Sequence record: ON529855.1
Reading direction: 5' to 3' (one strand)
Length of the DNA stretch: 64,000 bases
Part shown: positions 53,573 to 64,000 of the stretch, one piece after another
Layout of the letters: every line of letters begins with the position of its first letter
Numbering within the stretch: the stretch's first letter is position 1
Made by a program: the position numbers and the translations under genes
The notes under the pieces: model-generated
Databases searched by the model: none
The model's input: only the letters and a program-made list of their open reading frames with translations
What the model was told of the DNA's origin: nothing

Positions 53573-55643
53573 GGCAGGCCTCGCCGCAGACGCCCGACAC
53601 CGAGTTCGACCGCCGCCTTGGCCTCGCGCAGCGAGGGCGCTTCCCCCTCGGCGAGCGGCGGACCGCCGGGCGCGGCCGGGTTGTCGATCAACCAGGCGTA
53701 GGTCTTGCCGTCCCAGAGCCCCGAAGGCCCGATCGAGACCCGGCCCAGACGCGGCGCCTCGCGGGTGTTGCGCGGCTCGTCGAGGTCGATCACGGGGGTG
53801 TTGGACCACAGGCCGTGACAGCGATGACCGCGCTCCCAGTGCGCGCCGCGCATCAGGTCCTTGCGCGCCTGGCGTGCGACGCGCTCCAGGACGCGCCCTT
53901 CTTCAGCGAGGATTTCCCGGCGCCCGAGGCGGGTCAGAATATAGGCCGGCTCACCGGGCGCGAGGCGTGCGTTCCGGCCCTGCCAGACGATGAAGCCCGC
54001 CCGTTCCGCCGCGCTCAGGGTCGCCCCGCGCCCGACGGTGCGAGACTGCGACCCCCGCCCGTTCACCAGCGGGACCCAGGACGGATCGTTCCCGGATTCC
54101 AGCAGCTTGAGGACGTGCATGATTTCGGCGGAAACGCTCAAGACGCGAGGCTTTCAGCTTCGCGTTCCAGACCCTCGGCGCGGGCGATCACGGCAGCGCG
54201 CGCCTCGCCGTCCAGAACCCTCGCGGTGTCGCGCATCTCCTGCGCGGCGCGGCGCAGGCCGGCGATCTCCAGGTCCAGGCCGTTGGACGGTTTGTCGATG
54301 ACGATCACGCGGACCTTGTCGGCGCGGGCGCGATCGCTGGACTGCTTCTTGGGCTTGATCCGGTTTGCGATCGGTTTGTAGCCGCCACTCTGGCCCTCGA
54401 TCGGTCCATAGGTATGGTCGAGCGTGAACCAGCCCGGCTGCGTGGCGCTCGGGCGGCGAATCTGGCGCGCCTGGAGGGGGAACTCCGGCGCGGCGATTCT
54501 CACCCAGCGCTCTTCGTCGAAGGGGATGAAGGGTTCGAACGTCTTGGGACCGCCCATGTCGGGGCTGTCGCGGCCGATCTTGACCCCGTCCATGGCGAAG
54601 AGCACGAGGTCCATAAAGACCGCGTCGCCGGAGAAGTAGGCCTGACGCACGCGGCCGACGCGCACGGCGCCGAGGCCATCGCGCCTTTCAGCCACCCAGT
54701 CGCCCTGCGCGATAGGGAGAACCCGTTCTGCTTCGGTCACGCGGCGGCCTCCAGTTCTTCTTCCAGGGACGCCAGCGCCAGGAAATGGGTTTGACGATAG
54801 GTGCGCCACACGTCGCCGGGGCGCTTGATCCACCACATCCGTTCCAGTCCGTCGCGTCGGACCTCCACGCCCAGCTTGGCGGCGGCGGCCTCCACCTGCG
54901 CACGGGTGACGCGCGGCGCGCCCGGCGGGTTGAGCGGCGGCGGCTTGGCCTGATCCTGGCCCATGGTGTGGCGGGTGCGCATCAGAGGCTGTCGATCCCG
55001 ATGGTGAACGCCTGGCCGTCGACCGTGACGAGGTTGATCGCCATGACGGTGACGGTTTCGACTTCGAACTCGGGGTTGACCACCGGCAGGGTGATGCCGG
55101 CGTCGGACAGGGCGCGCACGATGCGGCCCATCAGGTCGGCTTCGTTCTCGACCTCAGCGAGGTCATGCAGGGTATGGGCCATGGCAGGCTCTCCATAAAA
55201 GCGATGATGGGCGGCGATGTAGGTGTCGGCGAGGGCGAGCCGCGCCGCCTGTTCGTCGGGCGGCAGGCGGTCAAACTCCTGCGCCAGGTCCTCGTCAGTG
55301 GGTAGGGTGGTGACGTAGCTGTCGGTCATCAGTCGAACCCGTCGTCGAGGCCTTGAGCCGCGCACAGGGCGCTGTGCTCATCCATTTCGCGATCCCCTTC
55401 GGCGACGAAACGTCGACGGGTCTCTTCGTCCAGACCGGCGAAGACGCCGACGCGGAACAGGCCGTAGCGGGGGTCCGCCAGGACGGCGGGGTCCGGTTCG
55501 GGGATGCCCTTGAGGATGTCCGAGATCGGCCGCTCATGACCGAAGCGGACGTCGAAGATCATTTCTTCGGGCGTGTCGTCCGTCGTCAGCGGCTCGCAGG
55601 CGGACCACTGGGCGTCACAGGCGATTTCATCCGCAGGGTGCAT
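53560..55643 (-). CDS. five hypothetical genes
   Basis: 53560-54141, 54138-54740, 54737-54982, 54982-55329, 55329-55643. Confidence 0.7.
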
Positions 55644-55695
55644 TCCATCTCTCCGTCGTTGTCTTGAGCGGTTGTAAAGGAATGTTCTGAGGCTG

Positions 55696-56145
55696 TCAAT
55701 CGCCTTCGTCTTCGAGCGCGGCGGCGCCGGCCTCCAGGGCGGCGATCACCTCTTCGGCCGTGCGATCCTTGCGGTTGTTCCAGGCGTTGGCGTGTTGCGG
55801 CAGGTCCATGATCCGGGTCGCTTCGGACATCATGGCGAAACCGTAGGAGTCGGCATCGGTCCAATCGCCGTTCCAATGGGATAGGCTTGCCTGGGGATGG
55901 AACAGGTCCAGATCGACGCCGGCGCGCACCAGGGCGCCCATGATGCAGAAGCAGGCTGCCTCGGGAGCCTCGATGTTGCACACGCGGCCGCCCTGGTCAT
56001 GCGGTCCGGTGGCCGCGAACACCTCGCGGGTGTGTCCCTTGGTGCGGATCAGATCGGCGGCGGCCCGGTAGACGGCGGGATTGCGCACCGCCGTCTCGAC
56101 CTCTTGAAGCACCTGGCTGTAGCGGGCGTCGCGTTCCGGCGTCAT
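55696..56145 (-). CDS. DUF6197-like protein
   Basis: CFCIMGAL...WNNRKDRTAEEVIAALEAGA. Confidence 0.6.
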   Translation of the reverse strand: MTPERDARYSQVLQEVETAVRNPAVYRAAADLIRTKGHTREVFAATGPHDQGGRVCNIEAPEAACFCIMGALVRAGVDLDLFHPQASLSHWNGDWTDADSYGFAMMSEATRIMDLPQHANAWNNRKDRTAEEVIAALEAGAAALEDEGD

Positions 56146-56534
56146 CAGGCGGCGTCCTGTGCGACGCGGCACGCGTCGAGCGATTGGATGAGGAAGTCGA
56201 GGTCCTGCCCCTCGATCCAGGACGCCGAATCGGACAGGCAGATGTCGCCGACCATGCGCACGATCTCCGACAGGCAGGTGATCGAGCCTACGGGCGCCAT
56301 GTCCGGCATGACGTCGTAGACGTCGGTCATGCCCTTTGCGCGGTTCGCGATGGCCGCGCGATATTTCTCGCTCCGCTGCACGGCCCTCTGGGCGTCGGCG
56401 ATCAGATCATAGACCGGTCGGGCGTAGATCGTCGGCATCGGTTTCACCGCCGCGCTCATGCGGCGCAGCGCGTTCAGGCTGGCGCGCCCGCGCGCCTCGT
56501 TGGCGATCTCGGTCTCGGTCTTTTCGCGGGGCAT
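56145..56534 (-). CDS. hypothetical protein
   Basis: GAGGAG RBS, downstream of the promoter at 56567. Confidence 0.7.
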   Translation of the reverse strand: MPREKTETEIANEARGRASLNALRRMSAAVKPMPTIYARPVYDLIADAQRAVQRSEKYRAAIANRAKGMTDVYDVMPDMAPVGSITCLSEIVRMVGDICLSDSASWIEGQDLDFLIQSLDACRVAQDAA

Positions 56535-56587
56535 CGGGCTCTCCTCTCGTCGGTGTCGGGAGGGTTGTAAAGGAATGCTGCGCGGTG

Positions 56588-57415
56588 TCAACCCATCGCG
56601 TCGCCGTAGTCGCGTTCAATCGGGTCCGCGCCCGCCATGATGAACTCGGTGCGGTTGACGATGCGCTGGAGCGGCGGGACCGACAGTCGGGTCATGGAGG
56701 AGCGAACCACCGACGTGTCCTCAAGTCGCGCCGGGCGCATGGCGGCGGGAATGCGGGCGGCCTCGGCCGGCGTCAGGGGCCGCTCGACCGTCTCCTTGCG
56801 CACGAACGTCCCCAGGCGGAACGCCTCGGGGTAGTCGGCGAACACCACGCCCTTCCCGGCGATCATGTCGATCATCGCCTGGCGCCCCTTGCCATGCATC
56901 TGACTCGGCGAGTATTGCGCCCGGCACGCCATGGAGGCGGCGTTCTTCTGGCAGTCGAGGTTGCGCCACAGGAACATGTTGGCGGCTTCCCAAGGATGAG
57001 GAAGCTGACAGACGCGCGCGTCGAACGCCGGCAGGCGATCGTTGAAGGGCTCCCAGAAGCGGATGGCGTGCGCCATGCGCGCGGCCGCCATCGACGCCAA
57101 CACCGAGGTCATCTTGACGATCTTGCCGGAGAAGAAGATGTCGCTCTCGTAGTCGGGCGCCTCCCACACCAGGCTGATCTCGTCAGACTGAACGTAACCG
57201 ATCTTGGCGTGGGTCTTGTCGACCAGATACTCCGCCACCACGATCATCGCCTCGGTCATGCGCGGATCAAACGGCCGCTCCATGCCCTTGGTGAACTTGG
57301 AGAAGCCTCGGCCGTCGATGCGGGCGTAGACTGGCAGGGACGGGAAGAAGCGGCGCGCGGTCTCGCGGCGCTCATAGTCCTTCATCCGGTCGCCGAGTTC
57401 GTCCTTTGTCGTCAT
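56588..57415 (-). CDS. Thg1-like protein (3'-5' tRNA nucleotidyltransferase)
   Basis: RMKDYE, ARIDGRGFSKFT, PFD, YVQSDEISL, FSGKIVK..SV.AS, AFDAR, F.WR..DC.KNA. Confidence 0.93.
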   Translation of the reverse strand: MTTKDELGDRMKDYERRETARRFFPSLPVYARIDGRGFSKFTKGMERPFDPRMTEAMIVVAEYLVDKTHAKIGYVQSDEISLVWEAPDYESDIFFSGKIVKMTSVLASMAAARMAHAIRFWEPFNDRLPAFDARVCQLPHPWEAANMFLWRNLDCQKNAASMACRAQYSPSQMHGKGRQAMIDMIAGKGVVFADYPEAFRLGTFVRKETVERPLTPAEAARIPAAMRPARLEDTSVVRSSMTRLSVPPLQRIVNRTEFIMAGADPIERDYGDAMG

Positions 57416-60322
57416 GGGAATCGTTTCCTCCGCGCTGCGGCGACGATGGGATCGGGCTTCTTTGCGACCACCGCTCGGGGTGATCGCTCGCTGGCCTTCG
57501 GCTGCGCTCGCGCCCGGCTGCCGCCGGCCTGTCCTTCGGACGCCGAGGCGCCCGCTTCGGCCGCTGCGCCCTTCTTGGACGTCTCGGCCTTCTTGCGCTC
57601 CGCCATCTGGGCCATCACGGCTGGATCGGGCGGGGCGATCTCGTATTTGATCGGCGCCAGCTTGTCCCAGCCGAGCGTCTTTTCGTTCTCCATGGCGGCG
57701 CGCCCCGCGTCCTCCAGGCTCAACAGCCGCCCGACCTTCTTGGTCCGGCCCGATTCGGTCGGCAGGTGGACCTCGTAGAGGACGCGCCCGGTCTTGGTCT
57801 CGACCTTGCCGGTCTGGACCAGATGCATGATGACCATGCCGGCCTTGTTGGCGTAGGGGCAGCTATGCAGAGGCGCGCTCAAGGCAGACCCTTCCAGAAC
57901 GGCACGAAATGGAGGGTGACAGCGCTGACGTCGCCCAACCGCATGTAGAAGGGGAATCCTCTGTGGTCGTCGGCGGTGAGATTGGTCAGGGCGCCCGTCT
58001 CGGTGTTGTAGGTCCGGGTAACGCCGCGCGCGAAGAATCGCAGCACCTTACCGCTCTTGAGGTGCACGCGCACCTCCTGCTTGACGAAGGGATTCCGCAT
58101 CAGCGGGTGTTCCTCATGATGCGGGTGGCGCGGACCCAGGGGATGTAGTGCTCAATCAGGAACTCGGCGGCCTTGGCCTCGACGTCGCCGTAGCTTTCAG
58201 GCCAGTGGATCGGCCAGATGTCGCCCTTCTGGGTCGTGACGGAGGTCTCGACGAACAGCAGGTTGGTCCACCAGGAATGGTTCCCGTGGAACTCGGCCTT
58301 GAAGCCCCCACGGTCGGTCCAGGCGTAGATGGCGCCCTTGCCGATGTCCAGTTCGTAGAGGGTGGGGATGTGGGTGGTCGGCTTGAAGTCAGCGGCCTGC
58401 AACACCTCGACCACCGTTCCGACGGCCGGTCGCGGGTCACGAAGGCGCTCGATCAGCGCGATCAGCATCTCCATGCGCGAGCAGTAGATGATCTCGCTCT
58501 GGGGAGAGATATGCGCCCAGAGTTTGCGGAACTCGGGATCGGCGATGTAGTCGTGCGTGTCGTCCTTGGGCCAGGCCTGATAGGCCGCCATCTTGTCCGG
58601 CGTCATCGGCAGCGTCAGGCTGCCGTGGGCGACGTCGTCGCGGCGGTCCGCCAGCCACCAACGGCAGCCGTCAGGCTGGAACCCTTCGCGGACGTCCGAT
58701 GTCGAGCCCTTGATCGGGACGGTGCGAAATTGAATCGGTTCCATGGGGTCCTCCGTTGCGTCAGAGGTTGCGTAAAGGAACGATCCGCGAATGTCAACTA
58801 TCCTGTCAGCCGCATCCGCCGCAAATACCCCCGCCGATCGGCCCGCGCCCGAAGCAGGAAGTGCAGACCTCGGGACCAGCGACGCGCACCAAGCGCGCCG
58901 CCTCCTCAAAGGCCTTCGCCAGGGTCTCGCGTCGCGCCTGCGAAGCCGGAAGCCAGAAGGTGACGGCCGAGCGATCGTCGTCCATGGGCGGATGGTGAAG
59001 CTGCCCTGACGAATGCAGCATGAACATGACGGCGCTGTAGGTCTCCCCGTCCTCGCCGTCCTTGGTCGTCAGGTTCACCTCGTCGGTGAGTTCCTGGCTA
59101 TAGACGTTGACCCGCATCAGGAGGCCTTGCCAGCCCGTGCGTCGTGCTTCGCCTTGCGGTCCTCCTCGCGCTTCCACACGGCGGCGGACATGCGCAGCAG
59201 GCGCGCCTCTTCCAGGAGCGGTTCAGCAGGATGGTGGTCGCCGGTCCACATGCAATGCTCCAGGTTCTTGGCCTGGGCTTCGGCGGCCTCGGCCTTCTTG
59301 ATCAACTGCGCGCTCATCGGCAGACGGGAGGTGGCGAGCATGTCGGCCAGCCAGTCGGGCGGGGCGGTGTCCATCTCAGAATTCCCGAAAGCTGTAATGA
59401 TACTCCAGGCTCGTCTCTTTGTAGTCCATCGACCCCGCCGAAGCGATGTCGACCAGACGACGCGTATGGGGCCACACGCGGCGCGACGACAGGTTGAAGC
59501 CAGGGTATTCGCCCTTGATCAGCGGATGCAAGTGCGCGGCGACCGCGACGTCATCGGACGACACATAGCATCCGGCCCAGTTTTCGATCAGGTGTTTGGT
59601 GGCCTGATGGCGCCGATTTCTGTTCTCTCGGACCAGTTGCGCATCCAGCCACTGGAAGGCGATCAGCACGGGGTCGACTTGATCGGCCGGCAGGTTAAGC
59701 GCGACACGCGCCGCGATGACCTGCTCGGGGGACGGGGGTGTATGGGGCCGCAGGGTTTCGATGGTCTTCATGGGTCAGTCTTTCGGAGGAGGTGAATAAT
59801 CAGGCCCGCGTTCGATCACGTCGGGGTCGGGGTCGCCGGGCTTCCAGTCGGACGGCACCAGAGTCATAGGCCCTTGCGGGTAGGCCTTGCCGCACTTCTC
59901 CTCTCGCGTCCCGTAGCGGGCGATGAAGGCTGCCTGGCGCAGGGCCTCCAGAATTTGCTCCGGCGTGCCCAGCAGGCTCACGACAACAGGCTCTCGTCGA
60001 AGGTGGGCCAGGTCAGCACCGGCTCGATCACGGCCGCCTTGCCGTTCTTGAAATAGTGGCGGCTCTCGTAGGTCATGTCGTACTCGACCGTCGCCTCGAC
60101 CACGATCAGCACCTTGGGATGCTTGAGCGAGAAGACCTTCATGTCTTCGTCAAACTCCCACTCGCTGCCGGCGCCGATCGGCTTACCGTCCTCGTCGATG
60201 AAGTGCTTCGCGTCGGGAACCTGCTTGCGCAGGCTGTAGATGAAGTAATCGAGATCGAAGCTTTCGAGGTCGCTCGGCGACACCATCGGCTTCAGGGTAT
60301 AGCTGGCGGATTCCACGCCCAT
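57412..60322 (-). CDS. eight hypothetical genes
   Basis: 57412-57882, 57879-58100, 58100-58744, 58806-59117, 59117-59374, 59376-59771, 59775-59981, 59978-60322. Confidence 0.7.
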
Positions 60323-60345
60323 GGGTCAGTCCTTTTCTTGAGGCG

Positions 60346-61500
60346 TCAGCCGCCTGGCGCCTGGCGCACGCCGTCGAGCGCCTTCAACATGTCTTCACGG
60401 GTCGCGGTGTAGTCGCTCAAGGCCCAGGTCAGGCGCGCCGCCATCAAACCGGCGCCGATTTCCTTGGGCTTGAACCCCTTCGCGACGAAATCATCCCCAT
60501 TGATGGGCAGCGTCGGAACCGTCCAGGAAGAGACTTCGGCGAAGACTTCGGGGACCCCGGTTGCTCGCGCCCAAGCCTCGGCATAGGCGGGCGAGGCTTT
60601 TTCGCATGCCAGGAGGTATTTCAGGTTCTTCAGGGACGGCGGGATATACTGGCGGTTCTCCAGGAATTTCGCCAGAGCCGTCTCGGGATTCGACCAGCGC
60701 CAGCGCTTGGCGATCGGCGGCCAGTTCTTGGCGAGCGCGCTCATCAGGACCACAGGATCGCGGGTGTGGGCATGCGCGATGTCCATGCGTTCCGGCAGGA
60801 CTTCTCCGGAGACCTCCAGATGTTCCAGCAGCCCCAGGCGGCGCATCTCGCGCACCATGCGCGGCCCGCTGTCGTGGGCCACCACCTTCTTCATCTCGAC
60901 CCAGATGCGTTCGCCGGAAATGCCGCGCAAGCCGTGACCGAACAGGGCGCAGGCCGCCGCCGCCGCCGGGTCTAGGGGACCTCGCCCGTAACGCCCCTGG
61001 AAGCGGAAGAAGCGCAGGATGCGCAGATGGTCTTCCTCAATCCGCTCGGAGGCGTCGCCGACGAAGCGGACCACGCCGGCGTCCAGATCGTCCGCGCCCC
61101 CGTAGGGGTCGATCAGGACGCCTTGGAAGGTCATCGCCATGGCGTTGATCGTCAGATCGCGTCGCGCCAGGTCCTCATGCAGATCGCGGGTGAAGGCGAC
61201 CGTGGCGTGGCGGCCGTCGTGCTCCGATTCCGTGCGCAGGGTGGTGATCTCATAGGGCTCCGCGCCGATCACGACCGTCAAGGTGCCGAACTCGATCCCC
61301 GTCGGATAGCAGACCAGGCCCAGGGCCTCATAGAGGGCCTGCTGCTCGTCGGGCGTGGCGTCCGTGCACAGGTCGACATCCTTGTGGGCTTCGCCCCGCA
61401 AGGCGTCACGCACGCAGCCGCCGACGAACCACAGACTGAAGCCGCGCTCCTGGTAGGCGCGTTCGACCGCCGCCAGTTCTGGGGTGACCGGCATACGCAT
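60346..61500 (-). CDS. cca: CCA-adding tRNA nucleotidyltransferase (class II)
   Basis: FVGGCVRD...DVD, GIEFGT, EITTLRTE, EDLARRDLTINAMA, DPYGG..DL, EDHLRILRFFRF; CC- or A-only activity not excluded. Confidence 0.9.
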   Translation of the reverse strand: MRMPVTPELAAVERAYQERGFSLWFVGGCVRDALRGEAHKDVDLCTDATPDEQQALYEALGLVCYPTGIEFGTLTVVIGAEPYEITTLRTESEHDGRHATVAFTRDLHEDLARRDLTINAMAMTFQGVLIDPYGGADDLDAGVVRFVGDASERIEEDHLRILRFFRFQGRYGRGPLDPAAAAACALFGHGLRGISGERIWVEMKKVVAHDSGPRMVREMRRLGLLEHLEVSGEVLPERMDIAHAHTRDPVVLMSALAKNWPPIAKRWRWSNPETALAKFLENRQYIPPSLKNLKYLLACEKASPAYAEAWARATGVPEVFAEVSSWTVPTLPINGDDFVAKGFKPKEIGAGLMAARLTWALSDYTATREDMLKALDGVRQAPGG

Positions 61501-63341
61501 CTATTCGATCTCCAGGTCGGCTTCGGTCCAGCCGAATTCCCGCAACAGACTGGCGCGAAGCGCGCCGCCAGTGGAGCGGATGCGCTTCACCTGTTCTTCC
61601 CGATAAAGCCTGGCCTTCTCCAGCACCGCCGCCACGTCTGCGGCGCGGCCGCCGGCGGTGTCATAGAGGCGCAAGGCCCGCTGGAAATCGTTGAGGTGCA
61701 CGGCGTTCTCGATCACCGTGAGGTCTTCGGGGCGAACGGGATAGCCGTCGATCTCCAGTATGGCGCCTTCGTCTTTGGCGTAGGCGACGACGCCCTGGAG
61801 AGCGCCCGAGCGAGCGTACTTGCCCACCAGGCAGTCCGCATCGGTGTAGTCGTCGACGCTACGCCACCGGCCCGACCAGGTCAGAGGATCGCCCCGCTCC
61901 AACACGCGCCACTCGCGGGTCGAACGGCGCAGCGAGGTCGAATAGGAGCCGTAGCGGGCGGGGATGCGCGGCCCCGGCACGACGTCGTCGCGTTGGTGTT
62001 CGGGCAGCAGAGGCAGATCGGACTGGCTCACAGGGTCACCGGGGTCTTGATGATGCGCAGACCGTGCGCGGCGGCGTAGGCGCGGTAGCGGTCGGTCTTT
62101 GTGGTGTATCGCCCGAACGCCCGGTCATAGTTCATCTGCTGGATCACCACCGCATGACGTCTGATCTGGAACGACCACCGTTTCGTCAGCGCCAGCTTTT
62201 CGTTGAGCGTCAACCGCGACAAATCCACGTCCGGCTCGAAGCTGAGCGCGTATTGCGTGGCGTGCACGGCGGCCGTGTAGGGATCGGCGCTGAAGCAGAC
62301 GACGTCGCGCCCCTTCAGGGTCACGTAGATCGTGCGCGCGCCGTCCTGGAAGGTGAAGGTGTAGATCACCCCTGGCGCAGCCGTGCGCCGGATCAGGGTC
62401 AGGCCTTCAGCGGTCTCACCCTTGCGCAGCTTGCTGCTCAGGCGCCGGATCGCCTTCAGACGGTCTTCACCGAACTGACGCGCGAAACCGTCGGACGGGT
62501 CCTTGACCTCGTCTTCACGGATGATGCGCTCGGTGCCGCGCCGGGTGTATTTGTCCAGCACCACGGGCGCCTTCGGATCGGCGGCCGGCGTGCGCTTGGT
62601 GTTCCATTGAACGGTGGCGACGGTCACGACGGTTCAGGCCCTTTCGGCAGCATCGAGCCCAGGTCGATCAGGGCGTCTCGGGCTTCGACCCCTCGCGCCA
62701 TTTCGGCCGTCAAGGCGGCGACCTCGCCCAACTGATGCTGGAGCGCGTTGATCTGTTCGTCACGGCGGCTGACCATGTTGAACAGGTCGATCACCGTGTC
62801 GACCAGGTCGGGGTAGGATTCGTAGAGCAGGTCGTGTTCGGCGTCGTCCTGCCGGGCGTCGCCGTTCTCGATGACGTCGGCCAGCAGCAGGACCTTGACC
62901 CAGTCGTCGCCCTTCATTTCCTGCACCTGCGTGCGGGCGTTCGGGCTCAGCCAGGGGCCGTCGCGCAGCAGGGCGCCGACCAGCAGGCTCTGCACCCGGT
63001 TGTCGCGCGCGCTCGCCGTCCACTCGCGACCGCCCATGGAGGGCTCGTGGCGCAGGTCGATGGTGTGATTCATATCAGTCTACTCCGTAGGCGCCGGGTT
63101 CGTGGATGTGCATCTCGCATCCATGCAGACCCACGATTCGCTGCGCCGCTTCAAGTGGCATGCCGGCGTTTTCCACACAATATCCCAGCAGACGCCCCAC
63201 CAGGTCCTGCAAATCGGTGATGTCGGCCGCCATCCGATCGAGCGTGTCGCTTCGGTCGTTCGGGTCTGGCGTCAGGGCGTCGTCCACCGCCATCACCTGG
63301 GGCGCACGGCCGGACCACTTGCGCGTGACGACGACCTTCAT
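61501..63341 (-). CDS. four hypothetical genes
   Basis: 61501-62031, 62028-62627, 62624-63073, 63075-63341. Confidence 0.7.
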
Positions 63342-63634
63342 CGGGCGGCCCCCTCGGCGCGACGCAGCAGGGCGATGACCTCGTCCTGGGTGCGGGCCTC
63401 GTCGTTCAGCCAATCCGTCAGCGACCACACCTCCAGAATGTGCCCCAGAAACCAGACGGCTTCCTGGTAGAGGGCGGCGATGCTCTGTTCATCGGTCTGC
63501 ATGGGGTAGTGTCTCAGCGCCGCGCGATAGACGGCGGCGTGCAGGCTTAGCCCCGCGCCATCGGGGGCGAACCGGGGCGGCTTCCAGCCAGCCGCCGTGA
63601 GCATGTTGGCGGCCAGATCGTACAGGCTATGCAC
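63338..63634 (-). CDS. DUF6197-like protein
   Basis: [19 protein letters not shown], similar to the C-terminus of 55696-56145. Confidence 0.5.
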   Translation of the reverse strand: MHSLYDLAANMLTAAGWKPPRFAPDGAGLSLHAAVYRAALRHYPMQTDEQSIAALYQEAVWFLGHILEVWSLTDWLNDEARTQDEVIALLRRAEGAAR

Positions 63635-64000
63635 AGGACGTTTCCTTCAAGCCCGTCAGCACCTCCGGCTCCAGGAACATGCCGCACGACGCCTTCACGT
63701 CCAGACCCACACGGGGCACGATGCGCGATTTCGGCGCGTCAAGGGCCGTCGCCAGCTTGGCGGTCAGGTAGGCCAGGTCGCGCTCGTCGGGCTCGACCCC
63801 CTGGGCGGGGCTGTAGGGATTGTAGCGCACGCAGTTGAAACGGGTCTTGAGTCCGCGATCCTTCGCCGCCTGGATGATCTCGTCGACGGTGTCTTCGTCG
63901 TCGTTCTGGCCCTTGATGAAGGACCAATGCAGGACGATTTCGCCGGGCTCGCGACCGTAATCCGGGGCTGTGCGTTGGAACTCCGCCAGCATGTCCAGGG
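63627..64000 (-). CDS. RlmN/Cfr-like radical SAM RNA methyltransferase, C-terminal part (5' end outside window)
   Basis: [27 protein letters not shown] corresponding to RlmN RG.DIDAACGQL with its conserved Cys. Confidence 0.75.
   Translation of the reverse strand, partial: LDMLAEFQRTAPDYGREPGEIVLHWSFIKGQNDDEDTVDEIIQAAKDRGLKTRFNCVRYNPYSPAQGVEPDERDLAYLTAKLATALDAPKSRIVPRVGLDVKASCGMFLEPEVLTGLKETSCA

Larger units (their letters stand above)
8005..58797 (-). promoter_or_regulatory. dispersed class I phage promoter motif, 17 copies (not a contiguous feature)
   Basis: Plus-strand GTAAAGGAAYG-N9/10-GTCAA at 8005, 10352, 10469, 16832, 20163, 21846, 26776, 29901, 32516, 33652, 41406, 46164, 49414, 52951, 55674, 56567, 58772; all point down the minus strand upstream of RBS-bearing genes. 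Confidence 0.9.

Noticed and set aside
8005-58797. Recurrent 25-26 bp repeat as a possible CRISPR array, and the recurring HSFT peptide in ORF N-termini
   Set aside because: Copies are kilobases apart with genes between them and no cas genes; HSFT is just the promoter motif read in frame by over-extended ORF calls
1-64000. tRNA genes, integrase, transposase and reverse transcriptase
   Set aside because: No cloverleaf with T-loop/CCA and no catalytic motifs were found by eye; tRNAscan-SE or ARAGORN would be needed to exclude atypical tRNAs

Overview
A 64-kb, roughly two-thirds G+C, densely coding stretch of a large dsDNA bacteriophage genome. It is most likely a phiCbK-like jumbo phage of Caulobacter/Brevundimonas (inference from the HfaB homolog, GC content and gene style; no database search was run). 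About 130 mostly small, translationally coupled ORFs lie on the minus strand. They are punctuated by 17 copies of one sigma70-type promoter motif, TTGACA-N10/11-RTTCCTTTAC. Recognisable genes: HD phosphohydrolase, Ead/Ea22-like, HNH, HTH-ParB-like, CYTH, XRE and RHH regulators, CoaD, PTH2, Thg1-like 3'-5' polymerase, CCA-adding enzyme and a partial RlmN-like radical SAM enzyme. A plus-strand fibre/tail-like cassette sits behind a terminator-containing leader. The most striking items are: (1) a self-contained hfaA-like/hfaB/hfaD-like (holdfast anchor, CsgG/curli-type) secretion operon under a phage promoter; (2) a candidate phage-encoded 6S-like RNA; (3) two further large structured non-coding transcription units; (4) a tRNA end-repair/modification toolkit; and (5) an operator-rich switch region at 21.8-23.1 kb. 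No tRNA genes, CRISPR array, integrase or transposase were seen.
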